Of a stretch of 64,000 bases of DNA, positions 42,998-62,930 are shown in pieces. A program made the position numbers and the translations under genes. Source of the DNA: the human T2T-CHM13v2.0 reference genome, Homo sapiens; the NCBI RefSeq assembly GCF_009914755.1, contig NC_060946.1. The stretch is one strand, 5' to 3'. How positions within the stretch are numbered: position 1 is the stretch's first letter; the number at the start of each line of letters is the position of its first letter. The notes under the pieces were generated by a model. That model was given only the letters and a program-made list of their open reading frames with translations. It made no database searches and was not told where the DNA came from.

Positions 42998-43189
42998 CCT
43001 AGAAACAGAAATGGAAAGCTCCAGGGGCAGGGCCAGCCTGCAGGGGGGCAGTTTAATGGGTAAAGCTTCCGTTGTATAAAATGAAAAATTCTGGAGATTG
43101 GTTGCACAACAATCTGAACACATTTCCCACTAAACTGTACTGTGACTGTTATGATGGTACATTTTTTTAACCACAATTTAAAAACTTTA

Positions 43190-44620
<1,431 letters not shown>

Positions 44621-45504
44621 CAAACACTAAAGGAACTAAAAGGCACTTGAGCAGTTGAGGAGAACTGCAGAAGCCAGAAACTGGAGTCAGGAGGCATGCG
44701 TGTATCACTGCCACTCCCCAGTGAAGGTCATTACTGAAGCCAATTTAAGGAAAGACCTAGAACAATCACAAGTGCTCCACTCAGGCAAATCAAAAGGGGA
44801 CAAAAGAATAAAAGACAAAATGACAAACATTTGCTGTCAGGAAAATATTTTCCTCAAGATACATATTTTTCAAGTTTTGTGGTTTAGCCCTTGACACCTG
44901 AAGTCTATCCATTTCATTTTAACTGTATTAATGCCAAGTCAAGACCAGAATGAGACAACAACTAGCTCAAAAAAGCCATCATTTCTGTGCAGGTCCTGTT
45001 CAGTTGCCTAAGCTTGGTCCTACGGCCGGCACGGCGCACCCACCCACACCTCCATCCTGGCGGAGTGAAATGAGAAATGGACTGCTTGATGTAGCCATTA
45101 AAATACAATTAATCTGCCATTTCTGCTGCCCCAAATTGATGAACACAGAACTCATTTATAATTGCTTATTTCTGCTTCACAATATTCCTTCCAGTATTTC
45201 CATTCTCTAAAAAAGTCCATTAACATTCCATTATTTTTTTATAACCCTTAATGTTGATTGGAAATATGTCTTCATATCAACTTGAGTAAATCTGACTGTC
45301 CCCATACACTGGCCACACTCCACCTGCCCAGAGGAGTGGCAGAAGAACCCTATATTTTGTTTGCTTCCCGGCTGCGTGGCCATCGAGAGGCCAGGAATGG
45401 GACAGACAGGTTCTGATCATGGCCTCCTCTGGAGAACCAGAGCTACCCTTTGGGGGTTAGAATGGGAGAAGGAAGAGACGCATTCACTTTAAAGTAAACA
45501 GAAG

Positions 45505-46838
45505 AGGAAACAAGGTTAAAATGAAGTTTATTATTTTTTTGATTTTTTGATTTTTTTTGTTTTTTGTTTTTTTAAATAAAACTGTTTGTGAAACAGCTAT
45601 TTTATCCCCATGGCAGAGTGACCCCTGAAAGATGCACTAACCCCTTCTTAAGGCCATAACAAGATTTTTTTGTACTTTTTTCTTTTTTTAAAACTCAGAT
45701 ATTTAAAAATTATACAATTTACAAAACAAAACAACACAACATAAAGAATCACGTAGCATGGGGCTGCCTATCTGACAGGTCCTCTTTTCCTTTATAAAAA
45801 TGAAAGCAAAAAGAAAAAGGGGTTAAATGGGTGTTCCTGGTCAGCTTAACCCACTCTGATCACAGCGACAGTCCCTCCCCGTCCCTGCCTACAGCTCACA
45901 CTGCCAGCTCTGGCAACACAGGCCTGGACCTCCTCCCATCCCCACGGGTCCCTGTGGGTCAGGGCACAGCTGCCTGGAATGTGCTGAGGACAGGGGGCCC
46001 CAGAGGAGGGTCATCCCTTGATTTTGCTGCTGCTGTGTACACTTGATGGGGTCCTTGAGGTCCTCACCAGCCACAGTGACCCAGGACACAGCTATGACCT
46101 CAGGCATCTGCCAATTTCACCCCCAAAAAGAAAAAATTAAAAAAAAAAAACCATAAATAAATAGTGTTTCTGGAAATGAAAAAAAATTTATTTTTGTGTT
46201 TAAACATCATTCCCCTACTCTTGAAAACATGGACCATCCCTGTATTTCCCCCTCCCCCAAAACCTTCCCACTTTGAGACAAATTAATGACAAAAGGATGG
46301 TTCTGCTGTGGTTTGCTTTTTCAATCCTGGGTCTAGTGTTTTCTGAACTGGTGTGAGACAGGCTAAAGATCAACGCCACACACACACCCCGTCCTTCATG
46401 AGATGAGGGTTTGTTCAGTTCAATCTCACATTTAAATTTCACTTGTCATCGGAACAAATTTGGAGATCTTTAACGAGATAATTTTAAAACAGAATCAAAA
46501 GGGATAGCGCACCTTTCATTTAAACAAAGTCTTTCCAGACTAAAAATAGATTTATATATATATATTTATCCCTCCCTTTTAATTCCCCCCACCCTTTCCC
46601 CATCATCCCACCCCTCCCCCCTCCCCCCACATTGTCACTATGGAGATTGTGTCCATGGAAACAGCCATTCCAACGTCTTGGGTCTTTCTTTCCTGTGGTG
46701 TCACTGGTTTGAGTGTGATGTGAGAACTTAAGGAAGTGCTGGCATGGGCAGGCACGCGGGCGGGGCGGGGCGGGGCAGGGCAGGGTGTGGCTGCACGGTA
46801 GGACGATTTCCATTCCATCACGAGTGTCCACCACCTTC
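45505..46838 (-). other. TCF20: TCF20 3'UTR
   Basis: Follows the terminal exon acceptor; free of interspersed repeats and AU-rich. AATAAA (minus) at 45527-45532 and a proximal one at 46187-46192. The 3' end coordinate is approximate. Confidence 0.85.
45527..45532 (-). terminator. TCF20 distal polyadenylation signal
   Basis: tttatt on plus = AATAAA on minus at the end of the UTR-like region. Confidence 0.8.
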
Positions 46839-46856
46839 TCATCTCCACAGTCTCAC
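46839..46856 (-). CDS. TCF20: TCF20 terminal exon coding part of the short isoform (VRLWR*)
   Basis: Pyrimidine tract plus CCAG|GTGAGACTGTGGAGATGA; gives KHK-VRLWR* when the 128-nt exon is skipped. Confidence 0.88.
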   Translation of the reverse strand: MRLWR

Positions 46857-47329
46857 CTGGAAGACAAGGGACACACAGTGAAGGCCAGGAGCCTCCACAG
46901 GGTCCACCACCAACAGCCGCTGTTCCGTGGTACCCCTGGGAGCTTTCAGCAGGGAGCCTGCACTCACGCCCCTCTGCAGATGTGCTGCTGATATGGGACA
47001 CACCCGAGACCAATGCCAGGGCCACTGTGTGGCTCTGGATCTGGAATGTGATTAAAGGCAGCAATGACCTAGTGGGGGTGCTGGGGTTGGACTCTGAGGG
47101 CTCCTCAGGGCATGTCTGCCTTCCTAGTGCATAAAGGAACCAGTACAGCAGAGAACTCCCTGACCTCAGGGCAGGCCCCACTTGTGGGGCAGCTGGTGGG
47201 GTTTTGCCAGTGTCAGGACCCCAGTTGTGACTGAAACCTACAGTACCTGGTCAATCTGTGGAAGAAACTTCTCGAAGTCCAGCCTTTTAGGACAGTTTCA
47301 CAGCTGCCTCTAGTCAACACAGCTAGTTG

Positions 47330-47775
<446 letters not shown>

Positions 47776-49448
47776 ACAGTCAGTTCTTCATGCTTAAAAA
47801 GAACACTCTTCCCATGGCCTCTAACAGGGAGGGCAGGTTTTCTGAGGCTCAGACAGAGCTGGACTATGTTAATCCTTTCGACCTCTCAGGAACCTGAGAC
47901 CCCTAGGTCTCCCATCCCCAGGCTGGAGGGCTTCTCTCCTCTTCCAGCCCATGTGCAGAAGGGGATTCTGATGGCCCACGTAGGACAGATGGATTGTACC
48001 AAAGGTCCCTGTGGAACGCTTCATGGGCCATCTGATGTGGAAAGGTCTCAAAGACAAACAGCAGTTTCCTAGGAATCAGTCCAGTAAAATTTCACCAGAA
48101 GCCAGAAGTGGTGGCAGCCTTGCCCCTCCTTCACTTGCTATCTGCCAATCACTGTGCTTAAGACTGTCACTGGGGCTCACCTAACTGCTTCCTCAAGACC
48201 AATTTGGTGCCCTCCCCTGACAAACCCCAAGAACCCAAGTGTCACCAGCCCTTTCTGCTTCCATAAAGTTCACACACGCAGAACTGCTAAGGCGGCTGGG
48301 GCCTGCGGGAGCTAAGATTGAGCTGTTCCCAAGCACGTACATGCACATGCTCTTGCCCAAGGAGGTTCCTGACTACTTGGCAGAAAACACCAATAAGCAG
48401 GAACACACACAGAGGCCATGGCACAACATCACCACAGACAAGTAAAAGCAAGCCCTGGGAATGCAGGCCAGCAGTTGAGCTAATGGGCACCTACCTCCAA
48501 GAACACAGAAGGGTGTCATCTTGTTGGGGCTGCAGGATGCCCGTGTGAATCAAGGCCAATGCCCACACGTACCCTGCCAGGCTCTGCTCAAGGAGGGGAC
48601 AGGGCAGGGTTTGCCCTCTTTACCAATACACAGCAGTCTTGGGCCTGCACCCCAATCTTGCTCATTACTCAGAAGAACAGGACCCCACACCAGCTCCCCA
48701 GTGAAGAATGAAGCACATGTCAGCAGCCAGGGTCTGCCTGGCCAGTTGGCTCTGCGAGCTGCTACTTGTGGGCCCCTCCCTGGGGCGCGTGGTGGCCCAG
48801 GCAGCGGCAGTTCCTCAGCACCTGCAGCCTGGGGCTCTGCCCTCTATAGCCTTCGTGTTCCTCAGGTCTGATGACTAGACCAGCCCAAACACACGATATC
48901 CTGAATGTAATGGGACCCTAACTTTTCAAGAGTTACTTTAAAAAAGTTGTTCCTTCAGTAGGGAAATTAGGAAGGAAGGAAAATTCTCTAAGCACTATGT
49001 GCCAGGCCCTGGGCTAGAAGCTTTACAGATATTATATCACAGTAACGTGGATCTGCCTGACCCCCATCTTCAAGAGAGCTAAAGCTCAGGAAGGCGACAC
49101 ATGTAGCCCAAAGCGACGTGGCCAGAGGTGGGACTGGGGCTTTCCCAACTGGGCCCTAGGGGCTGCGTATGCTAGGGCATGGGGTGTGGCTGAGAGACGG
49201 CTGGGTCCCCGACAGTGAGCCTGGGAGCAGCCCTGGTGCCAGCCAGCCTGAGCAGCAGGAGCGACCTGCCGCCCCTGTGCTGAAGACTGTGAATTCTCTT
49301 TTAAAGAACATCACCTTGCTCCCCAGCTGCCAGCATCCAGGGTTTCGTCTTGGGCCAACACCTTCCCAGGCTCCCTCACTTGTTCCCTCCCTTCCCTTCT
49401 CGCTCACACTGTCCTTTCTGCTCCCCTTTGGCCTCATCCGTGGCCTGA

Positions 49449-50020
<572 letters not shown>

Positions 50021-51822
50021 TGGGATGCACTCATTTCTTTAACACAGACTCACTTGGCACTAGCATAGTTACATGCCCCGCTCTGGGCTAGGCTTTGATG
50101 GTGCAAAGACAGACGTGGTCCCTGCCCTAATGGAGCTTACAGTCTAGTGGAGAGACAGGTAGTAAACAAGTAAATGATCTGAAATTGTGGTGATGCTAGG
50201 ATGGCTGCAAGCGAGGAGGGGGGCAATGGAGACAAGGATTTAGAAAGGGAAAGGCTTCTCTGAGGAAGTAGGATTTAAGCTGAGACCCAGGAGATGGGAG
50301 CCTGTTTTCAACATGAAGATGGGGAGCCAAAGTGTTTCCAGCACAAGGAACTGTGTGTGCAGAAGCCCAGAGGAAGGAAGCCTGGTCCCTGAGGAGCTGG
50401 AGGCAGCCAGGGGCCTGGAGAGTCACCTGAGACTTCCATAGGGCTCTGGAAGGCAAGGTGAGATGTCTGGGCTTTGTGTGGAAGATGACAAGAATCTCTG
50501 ACGTAGAGAAGGGACAGGACTGGAGGGAGGCCTAATGAAGATTGCACTTGGCTGCTGAGCAGTGGCAGGGAGGCGGGCACTATAGCAGCCACAATGCCTG
50601 GGCTGGGGCTGGTGGGGAAGGAAAGTGGACAGACTCAGGCTCTCCTCTGGAGGTGTAACCCTGGACTGCCTCTGGACCAGTTTGGGGAAAGGGGAACTCT
50701 AGAATGTGACATTCATGCATACACACAAATGGACTGTGTGATGTCCAGCTCCAGGGGCAGGGGGGCCACGCCCCGTTCCCTGCCTTGCTCAGCGTCCATC
50801 CATGGCTGTTCTGTGCAGGGTACATAGCATCCAGGATGCAGCATTAGCCCTGATCAAGGTTATGCTTCCCATGTGCTGGACCACAGGGCCTGTTAGGGCA
50901 AGCTGGGGCCTCCTTGTTTAATTCACGACAGGAGGAAGAGCTGGGTATAGGGACTCCACTGTCAAAAGCCCTGCCAACCAATGACACAAGCCAGCAAGGC
51001 AACCCCCTTGGCACAAAGAGACAGTGGGCAACCACGGGCCTGCAGAAGGACTTTTCCCCTCCGCACTCCTGGCGAGGGTCAGGTACCAGATACCTCACAG
51101 GCTGGGAGGCAGGGGCGGCATCTTTTAACCCCAAGCCTTGGGTATTTTTTGCTATAAGAGACAGCTGCAGGGTCCAATCTGCTGCCTTGACCCCTCCAAC
51201 TCCCAAGAGAAACCCACAGCTAGGCATGGCAGATCAACGGGCTGAGAGCCAGTGTGCTGTGCTGGCACTTAGAGACATTTCCCAATGGAATCTCAAAAGG
51301 TTGGCACTGCTATTCCTGTTTTTACAGAAGAAACCGAAGTACAGAGACATGGAGTAGTCTGATCTTAGTCACACAGCACCTATCATATCACTCTGTCAGA
51401 ACATGGCGCACTAGGAGGCAGACACACACGCACATTCGCTGTCTGTTCCCTGCCTTGTCAGGGCACCCAATAATGGTGGCTCTCTGTCCCCAGCATGGGG
51501 CCCAAGATGAGTCCTCCTTTAGTCAGAGGTGTGATTCTATCCCCAGTCACCAGGGCTTCTACCACAAATGAAGGACGGTGACCACCCTCAATGTCACTGC
51601 TGAACTGGGAAACCAGGAAAAGCTATATGCCTTGTGGGAACAGCACATAAAAAACATTTCAGATGGACAGGACTGGATGCAGTGAGTCCATCCTCTCCCT
51701 CCAAGAGCTGAATGGAATGGTTCAACCTCAATGGACCTGAGACGACTCTCTTCAATGGGTGAGGCCACTTCATCACTGTGCTTCAACCCAGAAGGATGAA
51801 GCTCATTGTTCTGTTCAAGAGT

Positions 51823-52125
51823 TGGCCGGGCGCCGTGGCTCACGCCTGTAATCCCGGCACTTTGAGAGGTCAAGGCGGGAAGATCACTTGATGTCAGGAG
51901 TTCAAGGCCAGCCTGGGCAACATGGTGAAACCCCATCTCTACAAAAAATACAAAAATTAGCTGGGCGTGGTGGTGCACACCTGTAGTCCCAGCTACTCGG
52001 GAGGGCTGAGGCGGGAGAATCGCCTGAACCCCAGAGATGGAGGTTGCAGTGAGCCGAGATCGTGCCCCTGTACTCCAGCCTGGGCGACAAAGTGAGAATC
52101 CGTCTCCAAAAAAAAAAAAAAAAAG
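51823..52125 (+). mobile_element. AluS
   Basis: Alu consensus and A-tail. Confidence 0.88.
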
Positions 52126-53221
52126 AGTCAAGGGCCCTGACAGCTAGGAAGGAAGGCCCAAGAATGACTAGAGAGGAACAGATGAACAAAATCCCCAGGA
52201 GATTTGTCCACCAGGCCCAGGGCCTGAACTTTCTTTTTCTCAAACACAGATGCAATTCCAGGACAAAAACAAAAAACACTTAAGCTCTTTCCTTAACCAG
52301 GTCTTCTAGGACACATTCCAGGAATACGCATCGTGGTCCCCTACAGAACTTGACTCTAACCATCTTGGCCTGTGCTGGCACAGGGGTGACAATGGGAAGG
52401 CACAGTGACACCCTCAGGAGCGTAGGGACATGCAGGAGGGCCAACAGAAACAGTCCTTTCAAAACCACGCAATGCAATGGCTGCCTTGTCCTAAGGGCTA
52501 ATCCCAGGAAAAGGAGCAGGCAGTGCTGCCCAGCAGGTTCTGGAAAACCAGCAGCCACTCGCTGATGGTGGCAATGTACTCCAAGTCCAAGAGGCTTCAT
52601 TTGCTCATCTGGTTCCTCTGACCCAGGAACACATGGAATGGCTTCCACCCACCTCCCCACTTTGCTCTGATCCCTTCACTGCCAGCCCTACTCCCCGGAA
52701 GAGGAAAGAGAAAGGCACCACACTCAACGCTCTATCAAGAAGGCACTCAGCAGCCCCCACTTGACTTCTCAAATGGCGTGGCAGCCGAGGGGCCTTCTCC
52801 GGAAATTAGTAGTGGTAACAAGGAGGAGGGCACGTTCCAGAAGGTGGTCAGGCACATGGTGGTGCCGGAAGGGACACGTCTAGCGTAGCTGTGTGAGTCA
52901 AACTCCTGAGGTCGACACAGAAGTCCTCCCATTTGAGAGAAATGACCCCTCAATGAATATTTCTGAGACAACTAGTCCTCCTGCCCCATCCTGTAGCAGC
53001 AAGTGCCACAAGGTACATTTTGGTTTTTCTTTTCTTTACAACCTATTTCCCTTCATGCCTCAGTGACGCAGGGAGGGTGAAGGAGCAGCATGGAGCTCAG
53101 AGGCCTGCAGCTTCTAGAGACCCCAAGTCCTATCATCCTGTTTTCACAGATGCCTGCCAAGAGGGCCGTGACCACAATAATCCCACACAAACTCACAGCA
53201 AGCACAACTCAATCACAAGAA

Positions 53222-53525
53222 TTTTTTTTCTTTTTTTGAGACAGGGTCTCACTGTGGCCCAGGCTGGAATGTAGCGGCACGATCATGGCTCACTGCAGCC
53301 TCAACCTCCAGGTTTGATCAAGTGATCCTCCCAGCTCAGCCTCCTGAGTAGATGGGACTAAAGGCATGTACCACCACGCACGGCTAATTTTTTTTTTTTT
53401 TTTTAATGTAGACACAGGGTCTCACTGTTGCCCAGGCTGGTCTTGAACTCCTGGGCTTAGGCGATCCTTCTGCCTCAGCCTCCCAAAGTGCTGGCATTAC
53501 AGGTATGAGCCACCATGCCCAGCCT
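53222..53525 (-). mobile_element. AluJ
   Basis: Alu consensus. Confidence 0.85.
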
Positions 53526-54150
53526 CGAGATTTTTAAGAGTAAAATTAAATCAGATGCTAGAGTCTACTAAATCTTTGAGGATTTTTCTTTCCTTTGTAC
53601 TTCTGCAAAAAGGAATCCTTCATAATACTGGAAAAAAAAGATTTCTAATAACAAAACCCAAGAGTTCTGTTGTTTTCAAAGGAAAACACACCATAAGCTT
53701 TACAGAAATGTAGTAAATTAAAAAGAAGAGACCTTTGACTGGAACCCTTTCTGAGACGGGGGAAAGAGCAGGGGCTACTGGCAAGAGATGCCCTGCCCAA
53801 GAAAGAGACCTAAAAGCCTGTTGTGTCCACTCACAAGGCCACCCCTGGCCAGCTGTGCCCTGAAGGGCTGCCTTCAGGAACAGTCACCCTGCACCCCATT
53901 GGCAGTGGACAGTTTAGAAGCCCCCACTCCTTTCCACAGATAATCTGGGGAGCTAAGTAACCAATGGAAGAACACTGCATCCACCTGGCGTTGTCATCCA
54001 CAGGATGAAATGCTGGTGGCAGAGCATAGAGCGAGCAGGAGGGCAGAGGCAACGACGCCTGCTGGGAGCCGGGCAGGATGCAGGGAGCCCGGTGGCCCCG
54101 ACTCACCTGTGCTTGCTGTCCTTTCCATTCCCACGAGCACACTGCCCCCC

Positions 54151-54375
<225 letters not shown>

Positions 54376-55344
54376 TCAGACAGGGTTTTCTGAGGCAAAA
54401 TGTGACCCTTAAAAAGGGGAGTTCTAAAAATAACATGCAAATTAAGTAAAAATAAAGAGAATATAAGATCCTGTGACCACTCCCCGCCCTTCCCCAGAAA
54501 TAATTTTTAAAGAAAAGCATAAGCAAGCATCTTTCAGGAGCATTTTGAGGGCAGACCTCTCTGGACAACCTCCTTCTAGTACTTTCGGCCCTACTAGATT
54601 TAAGACTGCGAGTGACCAGTGACCACCAGGTGTCAGTGTGACCTCAGCCAGAGACACAGTGCAGCCCCTGCAGGAAACATCAGGTGGCAGTGGTCTCCGT
54701 TCTGATCCTTTCTTGGGGCTCCTTCTCCATATACACCCTCCCCACACACATATGTGGTATCCACAAACAGACCATTCACCCCTTACCTCCCACCCTTTCC
54801 TAAAGGAAGCGACCACGAGACCACCTCCTAAATAAACTGGGAAGTGGAGCCCGAGACAGCCCATCCACTGTGCATCAGGCTGCTTCTGCAGAAGCACAAC
54901 CTGGAAGAGACTGAGCTTCCCCAGAGCCTTGTGGTCAGCTCGACTTCTAGTCTGGGAAGATGCCTTTGCACAGGCCTCAAGGCCTAGAACCAGACTTACC
55001 AAACGCCAACCTGTGAATTGGGGTTCTATTCACCTCAAGTGGAAATCAGTGGCTTGATCGAGTTAGATATTCTCACCTCTCTTAATGAACAGACAAACAC
55101 CCCCTCTCCCAAAACACATTTCTCCTGGGATCCTCATAATACTCCGAGTGCTGGCCCCCATGCCACGGGTCTCCCTTCAGCATCATGCCCCTCCACCCTC
55201 CCAGGGCCAGGAGGGGACTAACAGCCGGAGGCACAGGTGGGGACAGGTGTGGGTGAGGCCCACCAACACCTGGTCTTCAGGTCTTTCAGGAGGAGCCACC
55301 CTCGATCCCATCCCTGCTGGTAGCTCTTGGGGCCTCTGACTCAC

Positions 55345-55394
55345 CTTGTGCTTAGGGCACCTCACCGAGAAGTTCTCCTCATGTAGCAAACAAT
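55345..55394 (-). CDS. TCF20: TCF20 50-nt coding exon (end of the PHD/ePHD finger, CLLHEENFSVRCPKHK)
   Basis: CAG|ATTGTTTGCTACATGAGGAG...CACAAG|GTGAGT; the peptide matches the TCF20 C-terminus as I recall it. Confidence 0.95.
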
Positions 55395-55715
55395 CTGGAA
55401 GACAGAAGGGGACAGTCAGATGGAGACTTCACAGCTGGACATAGGTGTGGTCATGCTGGCTGGGATTGACAGGGTCAGACATAAAGGTAGCAGGTCGCTA
55501 CACTTACTTCTAATAGGAAAACATTAGAGACAACCCAAGTAAGCTATGATACCTTAACATGATGGATATCGGTCACTTAAAAATTAACATTTGAAAAGAG
55601 TTAATGGTATGGAAAACACCCATGAAACAAAACTGCTTGAAAAAACCAGGATGTACAAATGTATAAATGTGCTAATTTTATTAAAATGTTTCTACGCATT
55701 AAAAAAAGACTTGGG

Positions 55716-56223
<508 letters not shown>

Positions 56224-59200
56224 TTATCTTTTCTATATTCCCACGATATCACCAATAAATGCTATTTTAAAAATCCTTGATTCTAGGCTAACCCCATTTC
56301 TCAGGCTCAAGCCAAAGCCTCCTTGTAAAAACACTTTAAAATCTAGACGCGTATTTTCTTCTCTGTACAGAGAATGCCCAGGTGTCTGAGACAGAAAGGT
56401 GGCCAGGCCCAAGAGCCCCACTGTCACCTTTGCCCCACGACCCACGGAGACACAGAAGCCTCCAACACAAATCACATAATCCACACTAAATGCTTCAGAG
56501 GAAGGTAAAATCCCATGAGGATGCTTTTAATCCTTGGAGGAAAAATGATTCATTCCAACTTGTAACATGATGACAGCATCCTGGATGGCAGCAAGGACAC
56601 ATCTGCCTCCAGGTGAGCTGAGCTCTCACACAAGGGTAGTGCATGGATCAGGGCAAGGAAATCTAATTAATGAGTTCACTCTGCACACCACAGCTCCTGG
56701 AGACCGACAGCCAGGTCACTGGTGCAAAACGCGGTGGCAGAATGTTAATAAATATTGATAACACATTCTCAGAGAGCTCCCAGGCACCATGGCAGGAGGC
56801 AGCCACGGTACTTATCCTTGTTAAATTTAAACTGAGATCCAGACTAGCAGCCTGTGCACCCACAGATTTCAAGTGCAATAGTAATAAGCAATGAACATAC
56901 ACATGAAAACTTTTCAGGTCCCGGTATCCTAAAACAAATCAAAAAGACCCTTTTATATTTGGCCAGACCTGGAACATCATAGCCTGTCTTTCGTTGGAGC
57001 CCATGAGTATCTAAGAGAGTGGGCGGCAGCCTTCTTGGCTCCGTGGGCCCAAGAGCTCAGCAACTTACTACTAACCTCCAAGCCCCTCCCCCAGCAAGCA
57101 ACTAGCAAGGCAATAAATGAAATGTGTTAATTTAAAACCCACAAGTACATAGTGTGACCAAGACTCCCGCTGCTCCAATCTGCCAGAGAGTTTATAAACA
57201 GCAGGAGCCAGACAACTGGAGCTCAGGGGATATGCTCTCTTCTTACCTGGGCTCTGGCAGCAAGCACTATGCTGGCTTAGTCTCTAGTTTGGGCCAAACA
57301 GAAACAGTACAGCACACGTGGGGCTGGGCCACGCTTACGCCACAGGGGTTTATACCAGTGAGGACAGGGACCACACGAGCAGCAAAGGGTGCCATCAGAA
57401 AGGCGCAGGTGGCTCAGTTCCCTCACGGCCACAGAACAGTGACCAGCTGTGATGGACCATTAATAAAACACGCCTCATGTTAGGAAATGCGTTCCCTCTG
57501 AGTTAGAAGCAGAAAAGAGTAAGACACTATGAATGCACGCTAACGACAACTTGAAACTAATGCCAGATACATCTGGAAATGAAGTCTCCTACAGCAATCT
57601 GCCTGAGGCAGTGTCCATCTCTGACAAGGCCTCCCATGCAGGAACACTGTGCAGACAATGCCCTCCTCTGTTCTCATACATGTCCACAGGCCGTCAGGAA
57701 GCACAATTCACGTTCCTGGCAGGGGCCAGAACCACAGCTAGAGAGCTCAGAAACCTGGAGGGCACAGGGGAGCTTCTCCTCTTACCAGTCCCTGCTGGGA
57801 GGGAAGAGTGAAGAGCAGTAGGTGTAGTAAAACCTCTTCTGAGGACTCTGAACAGGCAACTGCACCTACATGGCCAGCCAGTCAAGGTCTCTCAATCTGT
57901 GTTCTTCAAGGCCCAGGCACCATCCTACACTGTCCAGAGGGCGCAGTCAGCACTTCTGCATAGTGAAGTCAAAGTAAACAGCTTGCGAGATCATCATCCA
58001 AGCTCAAAAAGACCTACAAGGTGGCCTAGTCAACAAGATGGCTTGCAGACACAAACATCAACCCCCAGAAGAGAAGGCCACTTTCATTTCCCTCTTCAAG
58101 CTCAAAGGCAGAATGGATTTACTAAGCTCCTCATTATAAGCTCTGTGAAGCTTCAGATACCCACATGCATCCACATGCTCCCAGGCTGAGGATGGTGGGC
58201 TCAAGGAGGGAGGTAGGAAAAACAAGAAGGGTTTAATGTCCTTTGGATCTGTTGTGTAGCAGACACAGACTCCAATTCACCTACACTCTACCCCAGTACT
58301 ACTGTTATTCCTTATGTTGGCACACTGCAGGGCTTGGGACACAGGGGCCTGCCAGCCCCACCCTGCCTTGCCGAAGGGTAGGCTCAGGCTCCTGGGCCAT
58401 AAGGAGGGAAATATGGGGCTCTTGGCACTGGGACTGGCTCCTGTGAGGCAGACGGCTGTCCCCCGGGGAGGAGTCAGACTACTGGCATTTCCTAATGACC
58501 CATCCAGGGCTCTGATGGCACCAGCAAGATCAAAGTCTGCAGCAGAGATAGCAGCTTTAAAATGCTACTGCAACGAGAGCTGCAGAAAGTAGAATTCCCA
58601 GCTGTTTTTTCATGAGAGTAGAAGAAAAAAAAAAAACCCTCCACACAAGGTTCTTTACGCACAGTGGAATTATTAATGAGCTACCACAGCCTTTTTTTCT
58701 CGTCTTAATTGTTGTGGCTCATTGCATTAAATACATTAATTAAAAAAAAAAAAAAACAGAGCTCATGCTCTTATTACTGTAACCCCCCCCACCTGGAGCC
58801 AAATCCTGTGCCTATGACATAACAAGCAACACAAAACAGCTGACCATGATGTCAGAAATGCAGGGTCAACATCAGGTGGGGGGGAAGGTGGCAGGAGTCA
58901 CAGATCATGAAACAAAGATTCTGTTTCTATGGAGATGTCCCAGTAATAAAAGTCTTCCCTGAGACATCAACAGCTCTTTAAAGATCTGGGTGGGTTGACA
59001 GCAAGGCAGAGATGAAAATGTTAAACTGCTCTTTACTCCATAAGGGAGGTTAGGGATTCTCAAACCAAGGACTTATTTTTGTTATGATTAGAAAGAAAAG
59101 TCCATCAATAAACTTGTTTCCTGGATACAAAGTTACATCATACACAGAGAGCAATTTCCAAGAAGACTGTGTGGAATAATACAAGCGTCCATCCCCACAG

Positions 59201-59669
59201 AGCAGTGCAGGCCTCTGGGTCACTGTGACTTGGGTCATCAAAAAGACCGCAATGACCAAGACATGGTCATCTTGTGAAACTGCCTCTGGGTCCCAGGTCT
59301 CCACATGAAGGAGCAAAGTGCACAGCAGCAGAGGCAGCAAAGCCAGAGGCCGACAGCCCTACCCTCACTCCTCCCAACCCAGACCCCTCTGTCTTGCTGG
59401 ACACGCGGCCACCAACTTCTGTTAAATAGAGATGCTACCAGCTTAACTAGGCAGGCTACCAAGATGGGCCCCAAAACAGAAAATGACAGACACCATTTAC
59501 TCACAAGTCCTCAGCTAATAATGAGGGTCCTGCGCTTCTCTGCTGGTGGGCTGGGGTGACAACCTGGGCACAAGCTTCCACTAGAGGAGAGGATGTTCCA
59601 GTGCTCTATGGCCCCTTCCAAAAAATCCCAACCATATTGCCTGAACTTGGGTTGAGGAGGGTAGCTCTA

Positions 59670-59800
59670 AGCCTGTGCTGTTCAGCCACTAGCCATACAT
59701 GGCCACTTAAGTTTACATTAAAAAAAAAAATTCATTTCCTCAGTCCCACTAGCACTCAATGATCACATCTGGTTTGTGGTTACCACATTGGAGAGTGCTG
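59670..59800. mobile_element. MER3/MER33-like hAT fragment
   Basis: agccactagccatacatggccact...aaattcatttcctcagtcccactagc signature. Confidence 0.55.
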
Positions 59801-60107
59801 AGCTAGAGCGTTTCCATCATTGCAGTATGTTAGGCTGAGCTTTGCTGCTTGACATCTTAGAAGCTGGACCAGAAGGCAGGCTATCAGCAGAACGGGGGCA
59901 GCCTCCAGGGGGGCCCTTGCTGAAGTGTGCTCGGGTGGGATGTGGCACCGGCCTGTCAGCACACCCTAATGTGTCCCTGAACACAGCCTCAGTGGGGGAC
60001 CACTTCTTACCCAGCTGCGAACTGGGAGAGCCAAAACTCACAGTATTCCCAATATAAAACTAACAATCAACCATAAAAAAACTTAATACTTAAAAATCCT
60101 CATATAT

Positions 60108-61621
<1,514 letters not shown>

Positions 61622-62199
61622 TGATCAAATAGTGCCTTGGCCATCAAGCTGCCTTTCAGTCCACATGTACGTGTGAATACACACACTTTTGTAATAGTCT
61701 AACTGGCATCAGCATTATCTTCTCTACCTCTCTTGTTCTTTTTAACTGTTTCTCCTACAGAAGCTTGGAGAGAAAAGAGGGAAGGGGGAGGTAAGGGCAA
61801 GAAGGATGTGAAAGGAATGGAGACATATGCTTAAACAAAAGTCAGGAGCTGCAAGCAACTGCTGCGCTGGAAGGAAGGGGGGGGCAGGATGAATTCTGAG
61901 ACCTGATCCAAGTCTGTTGGCCCTGCTCTGTGTATGTTATGCCTCACGCCTGTTCCCATCATGCAGTCAGCCACGCCCTCTTCCCCTTCCCATCAAATTC
62001 AAATCAAACCCCGCCTCCTATGGACAGCGTGGCTGCCTCCGTGGACAGCCCTGCTTCTCTCCTGGGGAAGCACAGAGAGGGGGCATGCACATGACAAGCA
62101 CCATGCTACTTGCTGCCTTCTCTCACCACTTTTCCTCAAACGTGACCACAGGCATTATGGGGGCTGCCTGGGTGATGGTCTTAGATACATCTAATGCTC

Positions 62200-62930
<731 letters not shown>

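Noticed and set aside
51559-52279. Long ORFs here and at many other Alu sites
   Set aside because: Typical Alu antisense translations (e.g. [14 protein letters not shown]).
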